A DNA stretch of 64,000 nt from Planctomycetota bacterium (GTDB taxonomy: Bacteria; Planctomycetota; PLA2; JAEUHO01). A model generated the notes under the pieces. It saw only the letters and a program-made list of their open reading frames with translations. It was not told the origin of the DNA and ran no database searches. The position numbers and the translations under genes are program-made. This document shows positions 41,347 through 51,832 of the stretch, piece after piece. Numbering within the stretch: position 1 is the stretch's first letter; the number at the start of each line of letters is the position of its first letter. The stretch lies in contig CBDCWP010000010.1 in assembly GCA_965223505.1 (NCBI GenBank), positions 96,001 to 160,000 on the forward strand, given 5' to 3'.

Positions 41347-42983
41347 TGTCCGCCGACGCAACCACACCCGCTTCGCCGGACTACATCCGCGCGGAGAAGG
41401 GGCTGAAGTCGTGGCTCACGACCGTCGACCACAAGCGCATCGCGATCCTCTATCTCGTGATGATCGTGGCGTTCTTCTGCGTCGCCGTGTTGCTCGGCCT
41501 GGCCATGCGGCTCGAGCTGCTCAACATGGGCACCGACTTCCTGGACGGCCAGGCCTACAACCACGTGCTCACGCTCCACGGCGTGATCATGATCTTCCTG
41601 TTCATCCTGCCGGGCATCCCCGCCGTGTTCGGCAACTTCTTCCTGCCGATCATGGTCGGCGCGAACGACGTGCAGTTCCCGCGGCTGAACTTGCTCTCGT
41701 GGTACCTGTACGTCGCCGGCGCGATCCTGGCGTTGTTCTCGGTGACGCTCGGCGGACCGGACACGGGCTGGACGTTCTACGTTCCGTACAGCGCGATGTC
41801 GCAGGCCAACGTGATCATCCCGATGCTGGCCGCGTTCCTGCTCGGTTTCTCGTCGATCCTGACGGGCCTGAACTTCATCGTCACGATCCACCGTATGCGC
41901 GCGCCGGGCATCGGCTGGCGTGAGCTGCCGCTGTTCGCCTGGAGCACGTACGCGACGGCCTGGATCCAGGTGCTGGCGACGCCTGTGGTCGGCATCACAC
42001 TCGTGCTGGTGATTCTCGAGCGAATCACCGGTGTCGGCATCTTCGACGCTTCGAAGGGCGGCGACCCGATTCTCTTCCAGCACCTGTTCTGGATCTACTC
42101 GCACCCGGCCGTCTACATCATGGTGCTGCCCGCCATGGGCATGGTGTCCGAGATCATTCCGGTCTTCAGCCGCCGCCGCATCTTCGGGTACCGCTTCATC
42201 GCGATGTCGTCCATCGCGATTGCCGCGATCGGATCGCTCGTATGGGCGCACCACATGTTCACGTCGGGCATGGCGGACGAGGGCCGCGTCATCTTCTCGT
42301 TCCTCACGTTCTTCGTGTCGGTGCCCAGCGCCGTCAAGGTGTTCAACTGGCTTGCGACCATGTGGCGCGGGTCGATCAAGGTCGATCCGCCGATGCTCTT
42401 CGCGTTCGGGTTCATCTTCCTGTTCGCGATCGGCGGGTTCACGGGCTTGATGAACGCGTCCCTCTCGACCGACATCCACGTGCACGACACGTCGTTCATC
42501 GTCGCGCACTTCCACTACACGATGTTCGGCGGTACCGGCGTGATGTTCTTCGGCGCGCTGTTCTACTGGTTCCCGAAGATGTTCGGCCGGATGTACAACC
42601 GCAAGGCGGCGATCATCGCGTTCACGACGTTCTTCATCGGCTTCAACATGCTCTACATGCCGCTGTTCTTCGCCGGCCTCGAGGGCATGCCGCGCCGCTA
42701 CCAGGACTACCTGCCGGAGTACGCCGGCTACCATCGCTGGTCCACGTTCGGGTCCTGGGTCGCGGCGACCGGCGTGATCCTGATGATCTGGACGCTCGTT
42801 CGGGGGCTTCGCAAGGGCGCCAAGGCACCGGCCAACCCGTGGGGCGGAGCGACGCTCGAGTGGGTCGTGCCGTCGCCGCCGCCCACGCACCAGTTCGACC
42901 GCGCGCCCGAGATCACCCACGGCCCGTACGACTACAAGAACATCGAAGCGCCTGACGATCCCTGGAACGGGGAGACCCAATGA
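41346..42983 (+). CDS. ctaD: Cytochrome c oxidase subunit I, A2 type
   Basis: TVDHKRI, TLHG, GWTFY, LFWIYSHPAVY (YS motif), WAHHMF, AHFHY. Confidence 0.96.
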   Translation: MSADATTPASPDYIRAEKGLKSWLTTVDHKRIAILYLVMIVAFFCVAVLLGLAMRLELLNMGTDFLDGQAYNHVLTLHGVIMIFLFILPGIPAVFGNFFLPIMVGANDVQFPRLNLLSWYLYVAGAILALFSVTLGGPDTGWTFYVPYSAMSQANVIIPMLAAFLLGFSSILTGLNFIVTIHRMRAPGIGWRELPLFAWSTYATAWIQVLATPVVGITLVLVILERITGVGIFDASKGGDPILFQHLFWIYSHPAVYIMVLPAMGMVSEIIPVFSRRRIFGYRFIAMSSIAIAAIGSLVWAHHMFTSGMADEGRVIFSFLTFFVSVPSAVKVFNWLATMWRGSIKVDPPMLFAFGFIFLFAIGGFTGLMNASLSTDIHVHDTSFIVAHFHYTMFGGTGVMFFGALFYWFPKMFGRMYNRKAAIIAFTTFFIGFNMLYMPLFFAGLEGMPRRYQDYLPEYAGYHRWSTFGSWVAATGVILMIWTLVRGLRKGAKAPANPWGGATLEWVVPSPPPTHQFDRAPEITHGPYDYKNIEAPDDPWNGETQ

Positions 42984-43639
42984 GCGAATCGACGACCCTC
43001 ACTCCCGACAGCGTTCCCGCGGACGACCACGCGGGGCACTACGGTGTGCCGGGGTACGACCCGACGAGCGCCAAGCTCGGCATGTGGCTCTTCCTCTTCA
43101 CCGAAGTGCTTCTCTTCGGCGGGCTCTTCGTGGCCTATGCCGTCTACCTCTACGCGCACACCTGGCAGTTCACCGAGGCGTCGGTCGAGCTCAGCGTGCT
43201 GATGGGCGGCGGGAACACGCTGATCCTCTTGACCAGCTCCCTGTCGATGGCGCTCGCCATCGCGGCGCTGCAACGCGGCAGGCCCGGGCTCTCGATCAAG
43301 TTGCTCAACTTCACGATCCTCTGCGCCGTGGCGTTCTGCGTCATCAAGACGTTCGAGTGGGGCGGCAAGTTCGAGCACGGCATCTACCCCGGCTCCGAGC
43401 GCGTGCTCGCCATGAGCTACGGCGGTCAGATCTTCTACAGCCTCTACTTCACGATGACGGGCCTGCACGCGCTGCACGTCCTCATCGGCGCGGCGCTGAT
43501 CATCTGGGCGAAGGCCAAGATCAAGGATGGAAGCGTCAACAAGGAGCGTGTGGTCCTGCTCGACAACGTCGGGCTGTACTGGCACCTCGTCGACCTGGTC
43601 TGGATCTTCCTCTTCCCGCTGTTCTATCTGATCGGTTGA
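42980..43639 (+). CDS. ctaE: Cytochrome c oxidase subunit III
   Basis: GMWLFLFTEVLLFGGLF, TGLHALHV, LYWHLVDLVW. Confidence 0.95.
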   Translation: MSESTTLTPDSVPADDHAGHYGVPGYDPTSAKLGMWLFLFTEVLLFGGLFVAYAVYLYAHTWQFTEASVELSVLMGGGNTLILLTSSLSMALAIAALQRGRPGLSIKLLNFTILCAVAFCVIKTFEWGGKFEHGIYPGSERVLAMSYGGQIFYSLYFTMTGLHALHVLIGAALIIWAKAKIKDGSVNKERVVLLDNVGLYWHLVDLVWIFLFPLFYLIG

Positions 43640-43653
43640 GGCGCGGAGGCGAC

Positions 43654-43950
43654 ATGTCAGCTTCGAATCACGAACACGAAGAGCACCTGGTTCCGATCAG
43701 GACGTTCGTCAGCGTCTGGCTGGCGCTGGTCGCGTTGACCTTCGTCACCGTCGGCGCCGCCTACACCGACCTGAAGCACATGTCGGTGTTCACCGCGATC
43801 TTGATCGCGTGCATCAAGTCGACGCTCGTCGTCATGTACTTCATGCACCTGCGCTTCGAGCGGCGGATCTTCACCTGGTTCTTCGTCGCGGCCTTCGGGA
43901 CCTACGCGATCTTCCTCGTCCTGACGTTCGCGGACTACTACTACCGCTAG
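43654..43950 (+). CDS. ctaF: Cytochrome c oxidase subunit IV
   Basis: GGAGG RBS; three TM; IACIKSTLVVMYFMHL. Confidence 0.9.
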   Translation: MSASNHEHEEHLVPIRTFVSVWLALVALTFVTVGAAYTDLKHMSVFTAILIACIKSTLVVMYFMHLRFERRIFTWFFVAAFGTYAIFLVLTFADYYYR

Positions 43951-43960
43951 GGGCCCAGCC

Positions 43961-45019
43961 ATGTTCCTCGCTTCCAGAGAAGTCATCGATAGCGTCAACA
44001 AGGCCTGGTACATCCTCACCGGTGTGAGCGTCGTGCTGCTGATCGGCATCATGGGCGCGCTCGTCTGGTTCGTCGTCAAGTACCACCGCAGCAAGGGCAA
44101 CGAGCCGACGGATATCCACGGCAGCACCAAGCTCGAGATCACCTGGACGGTGCTGCCGACCATCCTCGCCGGCTGGCTGTTCTTCGTGGGGTACGAGGGC
44201 TTCGCGCTCATGCGCGACGTGCCGGAGGACGCGTACGTCGTCGAGTGCGAAGGACGGCAGTGGTACTGGACGTTCCGCTACCCCAAGGAGGACGTCTCCT
44301 CGTCCGAGCTGGTCGTGCCCGTCGACACGCCGATTCGGGTCAACTTGACGTCGCCGGTCAACGATGTGCTCCACAGCCTCTACATCCCGTACTTCAAGGT
44401 GAAGGAGGACTGCGTTCCGGGCAAGTGGAGCTACCTCTGGTTCCAGGCGGACAAGATCAGCGAGTACAACGTCTTCTGCACCGAGTTCTGCGGCCGCGAC
44501 CACGCGCGGATGATCACCAAGCTGCGCGTGCTCTCGAAGGAGGACTTCCAGGCCTGGCTCGACGGCAAGGTGCGGGAGCGCTACCTGCCGGTGGACATTC
44601 CCGGCGCGAGCGATCCGACGTCCGAGAACATCGTCGCGCAGAATGGGCCGGTGCTGTTTCAGACGTACTGCGCGTCGTGTCACGGCAACGAGGGACAAGG
44701 CGGTCTGGTCGAGGGCGCGCGCAACTTCCGGGACCTGGCCGGCTGGAAGCGCGGGCCGAAGCTCACCGACATCTACCGCACGCTGACGGAGGGCCTCGAG
44801 GGCACACAGATGCGCGCCTTCAACAACCTGTCGCCCTGGCAGCGCCTCGCGCTGGCGCATCACGTCGTCTCGTTCAACCGTTCGGCCCAGCGGCCGAAGG
44901 CCTCCCAAGAAGAGTGGGAGGCCCTCGTGAAGGAATACAGCCTCGACAAGCCGCCGGTCATCACGCGGGAGTTTCCGATCGAGGACGCGATGAAGGCGAT
45001 CGCGGAGGACGCCGAGTAG
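43961..45019 (+). CDS. ctaC: Cytochrome c oxidase subunit II with fused cytochrome c
   Basis: LEITWT, QWYW, DVLHS, CuA motif CTEFCGRDHARM; C-terminal CASCHG. Confidence 0.95.
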   Translation: MFLASREVIDSVNKAWYILTGVSVVLLIGIMGALVWFVVKYHRSKGNEPTDIHGSTKLEITWTVLPTILAGWLFFVGYEGFALMRDVPEDAYVVECEGRQWYWTFRYPKEDVSSSELVVPVDTPIRVNLTSPVNDVLHSLYIPYFKVKEDCVPGKWSYLWFQADKISEYNVFCTEFCGRDHARMITKLRVLSKEDFQAWLDGKVRERYLPVDIPGASDPTSENIVAQNGPVLFQTYCASCHGNEGQGGLVEGARNFRDLAGWKRGPKLTDIYRTLTEGLEGTQMRAFNNLSPWQRLALAHHVVSFNRSAQRPKASQEEWEALVKEYSLDKPPVITREFPIEDAMKAIAEDAE

Positions 45020-45931
45020 ATGAGCACCGCGCCGGTCCTCTCTTCGCCGCCCGTCATGCGGAACGTGACCGCGCGCCGTCCGTGGATCCGTAGCATGCTG
45101 GATCTCACGAAGGCGCGCATCACGATCGCGACGACGGTGGTGACGGGCGCCGGGTACGCGATGTTCGCCGGGTTCGAGACGGCGATGTGGCTCCCCATGG
45201 CGGGCGTGTTCGTGCTCGCGTGCGGATCGGCGGCCATGAACCAGGTTCAGGAATGGCGCACGGACGCGCGCATGGAGCGCACGCGCAACCGGCCGATTCC
45301 GTCCGGCGAGCTCTCGCCGGAGCGCGCGCTGTTGGTGTCGGTCGTGTTGATCGCCATCGGGTTGAACATCCTGGCCTCGGTCGAGCGGCACGCGCTGATC
45401 GTCGTGGGCCTCGGGGTGCTCGCGCTGGTTTGGTACAATGCGCTGTACGTCGTCTTGAAGCGCAGGACGGCGTTCGCGGCCGTGCCGGGCGCGCTCGTCG
45501 GCGCCATTCCCCCGGTGATCGGATGGTGTTCCGCCGGCGGCGTGATCTCGGACCCGACGATCCTCGAGGTCGCGTTCTTCTTCTTCCTCTGGCAGATCCC
45601 GCACTTCTGGTTGCTGGTCCAGATGTACGGCGCGCAGTACGAGGACGCCGGGTTGCCGATGCCGACGCGCGTGATGTCGGCAACGCAGTTTCGGCGCATG
45701 ACGTCGATGTGGATCCTCTCGGTCGCCGTGGCAGGTCTGGTGCTCTCGGTGACGCAGCGGCTCGAGATGCCGTGGAACGTGGGGGCGCTGGTCGCGTCGA
45801 TCCTGCTCGCCACGGTGACGATCAAACGTCGCAACGACGAGGGCCGGGTCACGGCCGTATCGCTGTTCAAGGCGATCAACCTCTACGCGCTCGTGATTCT
45901 CGGACTGGTCGTCGCCAACGCCTGCGTCTGA
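45020..45931 (+). CDS. ctaB: Protoheme IX farnesyltransferase (heme O synthase)
   Basis: LTKARI, DARMERTRNRPIPSG, GAIPPVIGW, LWQIPHF. Confidence 0.93.
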   Translation: MSTAPVLSSPPVMRNVTARRPWIRSMLDLTKARITIATTVVTGAGYAMFAGFETAMWLPMAGVFVLACGSAAMNQVQEWRTDARMERTRNRPIPSGELSPERALLVSVVLIAIGLNILASVERHALIVVGLGVLALVWYNALYVVLKRRTAFAAVPGALVGAIPPVIGWCSAGGVISDPTILEVAFFFFLWQIPHFWLLVQMYGAQYEDAGLPMPTRVMSATQFRRMTSMWILSVAVAGLVLSVTQRLEMPWNVGALVASILLATVTIKRRNDEGRVTAVSLFKAINLYALVILGLVVANACV

Positions 45932-45964
45932 GCGTACGCACCGAGCCGTGCGAGAATCGGGGCA

Positions 45965-46975
45965 ATGACCTCCGATCGACCGCCGGCAAGCGTGGGGCGT
46001 CGGATCGCGCGCACGCTGACTCACGTTGCGATTGCCTTCGTCCTCATCTGCGCCTCGTCGTTGTCCCTGGCACTGGTCGTTCGCATCGATCCGGCCGTGG
46101 TGCCCGACGAGCCCGAGACGTTGGAGATCGTGGTGTCGCGCATCCACACGTTGCGGTTCCACGTCGGGATCGCCGCGGCCGTCGGGACGGCTTGGCTGCT
46201 GCTTGCACGCCGCTGGCGGCTCGCGACGGTGGGAATGCTGGTCGTGGGCTGGGCAGTCGCGCCCGTCGTGTGGCCGGCGAACGCGCGCGCGCCGGACATC
46301 GAGAACGGCGCGTCGTTCAACCTCGGCGGCACCCTGGCCGACGAAGACCGGGTGTTCGCCGAGATCGAGGCGTCGAATGCCGACGTGCTGATCGTGCTCG
46401 AGTACTCGCCGGCCTGGCAGGAACGGCTGGGCGCGCGCCTGCGGGCCACGCATCCACACCGCGTCGAGAAGCCGCGTCATGACAACTTCGGCATCGCGGT
46501 CTTCTCGCGCGTGGAGTGGCGCCAGCAGGAGCGCTTCGTGTTGGGAAGGGTGGCGACGCCACAGTACCGCTTCGAGGTGCCGGTCGGGCCCGCGTCGATC
46601 GTGCTGTACGCGATTCACATCCTGCCGCCCGCTCGGCACCGGTACGTGGAGCATCGACGACAGTTCGCCGACCTGCTCGGCCGGCTCGACGACGAGGCCG
46701 CGCCGACGGTCCTGGCCGGCGACTTCAACTTCGTCGATCACGGGCCGCTGGCCGGCGCCCTGCACGCGCGTGGCTTCGCGAACAGCCGCGCGCTCGCCGG
46801 AAGCGGTCGGGGCGCGACGTGGCCGGTCAACGACTGGCTGCGGCACCTACCCGGCATTCGCATCGATCACGTCTACGTCGGTCACGGGCTGACGGCGACC
46901 GACGCGTGGCTCGGCGGCCACATCGAGAGCGATCATCTCCCCATCGCGACCACAGTGCAGTGGGCTGCGCCCTGA
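45965..46975 (+). CDS. Membrane-anchored endonuclease/exonuclease/phosphatase family protein
   Basis: N-terminal TMs; SFN, DVLIVLE, LAGDFN, IDHVYV, SDHLP. Confidence 0.88.
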   Translation: MTSDRPPASVGRRIARTLTHVAIAFVLICASSLSLALVVRIDPAVVPDEPETLEIVVSRIHTLRFHVGIAAAVGTAWLLLARRWRLATVGMLVVGWAVAPVVWPANARAPDIENGASFNLGGTLADEDRVFAEIEASNADVLIVLEYSPAWQERLGARLRATHPHRVEKPRHDNFGIAVFSRVEWRQQERFVLGRVATPQYRFEVPVGPASIVLYAIHILPPARHRYVEHRRQFADLLGRLDDEAAPTVLAGDFNFVDHGPLAGALHARGFANSRALAGSGRGATWPVNDWLRHLPGIRIDHVYVGHGLTATDAWLGGHIESDHLPIATTVQWAAP

Positions 46976-47005
46976 CAGCTGTCGCAAAGACGGCCGCGCG
47001 CCTGG

Positions 47006-49855
47006 TCAGTTGTCGAACGTGAATCGAATCGTCCAGTCGTCGAGGAACGCGCCCGGGTCCAAGGCGCCGACGCCCGCCGCGAGGAAGATCGTGATTCGAA
47101 TCTGAAGGAACTCATCGCCGTTCAGGCTCGCCATGTTGTCGATCCCGGCGTTGCCGACGTTGTCGGGTGCGCGTGTCACGGCGCCGGGGTGACCCGGCAT
47201 GTACGTCGGCGCGCTCTCGATGCCCGAGTCCAGGAAGTGGCCGATCGTTCGCCAGCCGTTGCCCACCGGCTCCGGTGTGCCGTCCGGGAGGATCCCGAAG
47301 CTCTGGGCCTCGATCAGAATCACGACCGATCCCGGTCCGGGACTCGAGATGGAAGGCGCGCCGGCGACGAAGTCCCCCTGCACCGGCTCGATGAAGGTCG
47401 GGTTGAACGGTCCGACCGTGAAGATCTGCGTGGTCGCCTGGGGCCTGAGCCCGCCGCCACTGAACCGGGTGGCGTCGAAGACGCCGCGGTAGAACCCCGT
47501 CGCACCCTCGCCGGGCGTGACGGCGGCGCCGCCCAAGCCGCTGATGATGGAGTCGCCGTCCTCGATCGCGAGCCGGCCAACGCCCCCTGGGCCGCCGTCG
47601 TTGGCGCCCGGGTCCCCGCCCTGCGTTACGCCACTCGGGCCGCCGGAGCCGCCCGCCGCGGTGATCACCGTGTCCGAGTTGAACTTCACCTCTTGGGGTG
47701 TGAGCAATCGCAGTCCGCCACCGCTACCCGCCGCCGCCGCCGCCGACGCCCGGGTTCCACGCGTAGTTCGGACTGAACGTCCCACCCTTGCCGTCGCCGC
47801 CGCGGGAACCTGCCACGTCGATCGTGCCCATGATGGAGATGTCACCTTGCGCCGTGAGGTCGATGAACCCACCGCCGGCGCCACCTGACGCGCCCGGCCC
47901 GCGGCCGATGTTGCCCGTGAACGGGCGCAGCTCACCCGCCGCGCCGCCGCCACTGCCCGCTTCGGGTGTCAGGAGCCGCCCGGCAGTCTGGCCGTACGTC
48001 TCACCGCCTTCACCCTCCAGCGGCAGATCCAACGTCGTGGGCTGGGTCCCACTGCCGTTCGCCTCACCCGGCATGCCGGCTTCGGCGTGTCCGCCGCCGC
48101 CGCCCGATGGTGTGTTTCGATTGTTCGGATTCTGCTGCGCGTTCCACTTCGCGGATGTGTTCCCCTTCCCACCCCCAGGACCGGTGTTCGTGCCGACCGT
48201 CGGGTCGATGCTCGCTCCGGTCATGAGTAGCCCTGGAAGCCGTCACCGCCGACGCGCCGCGCGTTGGCGACACCCGAAGGGACCACCGCCGCCGTCGCCG
48301 CCGCCGAGCACGCCGATCCCCCCGTCGGTCCCGGCGGTCGTCGTCGCAGTCTTGCCGTCACCGCGGCCTTGCGGAACACCGGTGCTCCCGTCGCCCCGTC
48401 CGAGCAATCGACCGAGCTTTTCGATGACGACGTCACCCTGCACCAGGATGATCGCCGGATTCTCGCCGATCATGCGGACCGTGATTCCAGCGCGAATGCG
48501 GAATGAAGCGAATTCCCAGATGACGGCGGTGGAGTTGTCGGTCGTGTTGATACACGAGTTCGAAGCACCGGTGTCGAGAATGGTGTCGACGGTCGGATCG
48601 AAGTGATCTTTGTCCGCGTTGTTCATCTGGAACGGATCGCTGCAACCGCTGGCGTCGCTGTTCGGCAGCGACGGGTCGACGAGGCTCGCACCGTTGTCGC
48701 CGTCGCCGGCAAACAGCAGGAAGCCCTGTACCACGCTCCGTGACCGCGATGTGTTCACGTCCGCCGTTGTGTCATTCTCGCTGTACGGCGTCTCGCCGTC
48801 GTTGGCCAGGACGTAGGAACTCGGGGTGCCGTCGAGATTTTGGGTCGTGAACGAGAGCGTGAACGGCGTCAACGGCTGTCCACCGAAGTCGGAGATGCCG
48901 AACGTGAGCGATACCACGATCAGGACGTTCTCCGGCAGGATTCCTCCCAACTCGGGGCTGTTCGGATGCTGTCCGAACACCGGGGAGATCACGATGCGCG
49001 TCGAATCGAAGTCCTGAAGCAGATGAACCGTCGCAGGCAGCGTCTGGGCACCGCCGGGCCATGCCATGCCGGTGTCCGACCCCCATGTGAGCGGATCCGC
49101 GTCCTGGTCGGTGACGTCGACACCGCCGGTCACGAACCCGACAGATTGTCGTTGGGGGCTTGGACCGACGCGCCGAACGCGCCGCCGACCTCGTGAATAC
49201 GTACGGAGACCGTGGCATTGGAGACGCTGCACGGATCCACGTTCTCGGTGAGCTCCATCTCGATGCGTTGCGGGTTGAGCGCCGAGCCGATGGACACCGC
49301 GGCCGTGCCCGGCTGCGGGGAGACCGAGCTCAGTACGACGGCGGGTGCCACCGCCGGGATCTGATCGAGGAACTTGGCGGGATCGTTGTCAGCGCGCGTG
49401 CTGAAGTTCCACGTGGTCGTCGCGTCGAGCGGTTGCCCGACCGTGTTCCGCACGGCGAATTGTTCGGGATAGCCGATGACCTGCACCCGATAGTCGGTAT
49501 CGGCTTTGAACGCGGCGTCGCTCAGATCGCAAAGACTCGGGAGACGCGGCTCGAACGTCACCACGCTTCCGTTGATGATGAACTGGCCGTCCACGGTGAG
49601 GCCGAACGCGCCGCCTTCGCGGATCTGAATCGACGCGGGGGTGATCGTCGCGCCGTTCACGGGTTCGCTGAATCGCCACTCGAGAATCGTGTTCAGCGCG
49701 ACGTTGTCCGTCGAGGCTTGCACGAAGCTGATGAGCACGAGGCCCTGCCCGTCGCCGGTCGGGCCCTGGCCGCCCGTGCCGCCGGCGCAGGAGGCGAAGA
49801 AGAGGATGGAAACTGCGACGATCGACGTGCAGCCGGTGCGGGAAGCGGTGGGCAT
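47006..49855 (-). CDS. Large surface lipoprotein with Ig-like (Big_5-type) N-terminus and Gly-rich C-terminal region; about 4 frameshifts (read error or pseudogene)
   Basis: FAS-C lipobox; NVALNTILEWRFSEPV..WNFST. Consecutive protein-like pieces change frame near 49140, 48280, 48225 and 47730. GGGGGH/GSGGG/GGAGGG repeats. Confidence 0.7.
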
Positions 49856-50108
49856 GCGGAGGTCCCTCGGGCCGGGACCGGCGTCCCGCTTCGGAACGCC
49901 ACCCGCAGGTCCGTCGATCCGCGCGGCTGCAATGATCGTAGTCCCATGAACACTCGAACTGGAAGCGACAAAGCATCAGTTATGAGCAGATCTCTCATGT
50001 TCAAGTGAGAATGGACCCCGAAATGAAGTGGAACGGAAATTGATGAGAGGTGAGTCAGGCCTGTCGATGGCCTGCCTGTCGCGAGCCCAGCTTCCGATGA
50101 CGACTCCC

Positions 50109-51652
50109 TCAGCGGTGGGAGCTGCGGCACGTCGCGGGCCGCGTGCTGACGACCGGCGGGTCGTCGGGGGCGTACACACTGCCGTGAAGCGCTCTGGCCG
50201 CCGCGACGTCCGCCCAGATGCGGTCGCGCACGCGTTCGACCTCCTCGCACATGGCGTCGTTCCACGCGGCGTCCGACGGGCCGAGGGGGCGGCGCTCGCC
50301 GGGGTCGGCGGCGAGGTCGAAGACGGTCTCGTGCACGCGACCCGCGGCTCGATCGTATTGAATCACGAACTTCCAGCGTTCGGATCGCACACTTGCCAGG
50401 ATGGCGCGGTGGCCGGGGCCCGCGTTGTTGCGCGTCAGCCGCTCCTGCGAGATGACGGGACGGCCGGAAGCCTCGTTCGAGCACCGGCAAGAAGGAGCGA
50501 CCACGCGTGCCGGGCTGTGATGTCAGTCCGGCCCAGCCCATGAACGTCGGCAGCACGTCAATCAGCCCGACACACTCGTTCACGAGGGCAGGGCGGTCGA
50601 ACGGGGCGGGGCCGGTCATCACGAGCGGAATGTGGACCAGCTCGTCAAAGAGTTGCCGGCCGTGCCCGAGCATGCCGTGCTCGCCAAACGTCTCGCCGTG
50701 GTCGGCGGTGACCACGAGAAGCGTGTTCTCGAGCAGGCCCGCCGTACGCAGCTCGTCGACGGCGCGCTCCAGGACCGAGTCGACCCAGCGCACGCCGGCG
50801 AGATACGCCGTCCTCAACTCGTCGGCCAGCGCCGCATCGGGCTTCGCGGCGAATCCGTGGACGCGTACCCGACGACCTCGTTCTGGAAGTACGCGCCGTG
50901 GTGAGCGGTCATCAGCTCACGACCGGGCCGATCGAGCCAGGTAGACCCTCGTCATGTCGCGGGGTGTGGTGATCGCCGCCGGATCGAAGGTCTCCGCGTA
51001 CGCGCGAAGCTCCTCCGGCGTCCATGCGGCGTGCGAGTCCGGAACGCGGTGGTTGGCCCGACCGTACGGGTCGTGGGCCTCGAAGGTGTGCAGGTACAGG
51101 AAGAACGGCTTGTGGGGGTCGCGCTCCGATTGCCAACGCTCGATCGCCGGGCGGGTGCCCTGGAGGCCGAATCCCTCGTTCACCGATCCGCGCTGAATCC
51201 CTGTAAGATCGAGTGGTCGTCTCGACGAACCACGGCGCGCCGGTGAATACCGCGGTCTCGTAGCCGTGCTCGTCCCTCAGCAGCTCCGCGAAGGTGGTCA
51301 CACCCGCGGGCAAGTGCGGAACGCCCTTGGTCGAGTCGCAGCCGTGCTCGCGCGGAAGAAGTCCGGTCAGCATGCTGGTGATCGACGGAACGGTCCACGG
51401 CGCGGGCGCGGCAGCGCTCTCGAACGCGACGCCGTCCGCCGCCATCGACGCGAGGAACGGCATGTGCGCCGGCTCCTGGCCGGGCAGCGCGACGGCGTCG
51501 CGCCGCAATGAGTCGATGACGATGATGATCAGATTAGGCGCCGGTCGCGCCTCGGCGTTGCCGTCGCTTTGCGGCCGCGCACCGTCGTCGCCGCAGCCGA
51601 TGCCGACGGCGGCGAAAGCGACGAGTAGCACGATGGCTCGGAGAACGTTCAA
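50109..51652 (-). CDS. Sulfatase-like (alkaline phosphatase superfamily) lipoprotein; about 5 frameshifts (read error or pseudogene)
   Basis: GIG-C lipobox; PNLIIIVIDSLRRD, WTVPSITSMLTG, PFFLYLHTFEAHDPY, VTADHGETFGEHG..GHG, FDLAADPGE spread over different frames. Confidence 0.8.
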
Positions 51653-51691
51653 AGGGCGGGCTTCCGTGCGAATTGGCGCGTCGTTCCTCTT

Positions 51692-51706
51692 TACCCCCAA
51701 GGGGTA
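51692..51706. promoter_or_regulatory. Palindromic operator candidate of CsoR/RicR type
   Basis: TACCC-CCAAG-GGGTA in an AT-richer intergenic stretch, 40 bp upstream of the sulfatase-like start. Confidence 0.5.
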
Positions 51707-51832
51707 TGTGTTTGTCGCTTTCAAGTAGCGTGCGGAGGGCGGTTCGGCGGCCCAAGTCCCGGCAGCCGGATTGCCTGAATCGGCGAAGGGTAACACCGTT
51801 TCCGGCCTGTCTCGCGCGGTGTTTCGTTTCGA

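Noticed and set aside
47400..48400. GCC/CCG-rich repetitive DNA
   Set aside because: Explained by poly-Gly coding on the minus strand; not a DNA-level repeat array
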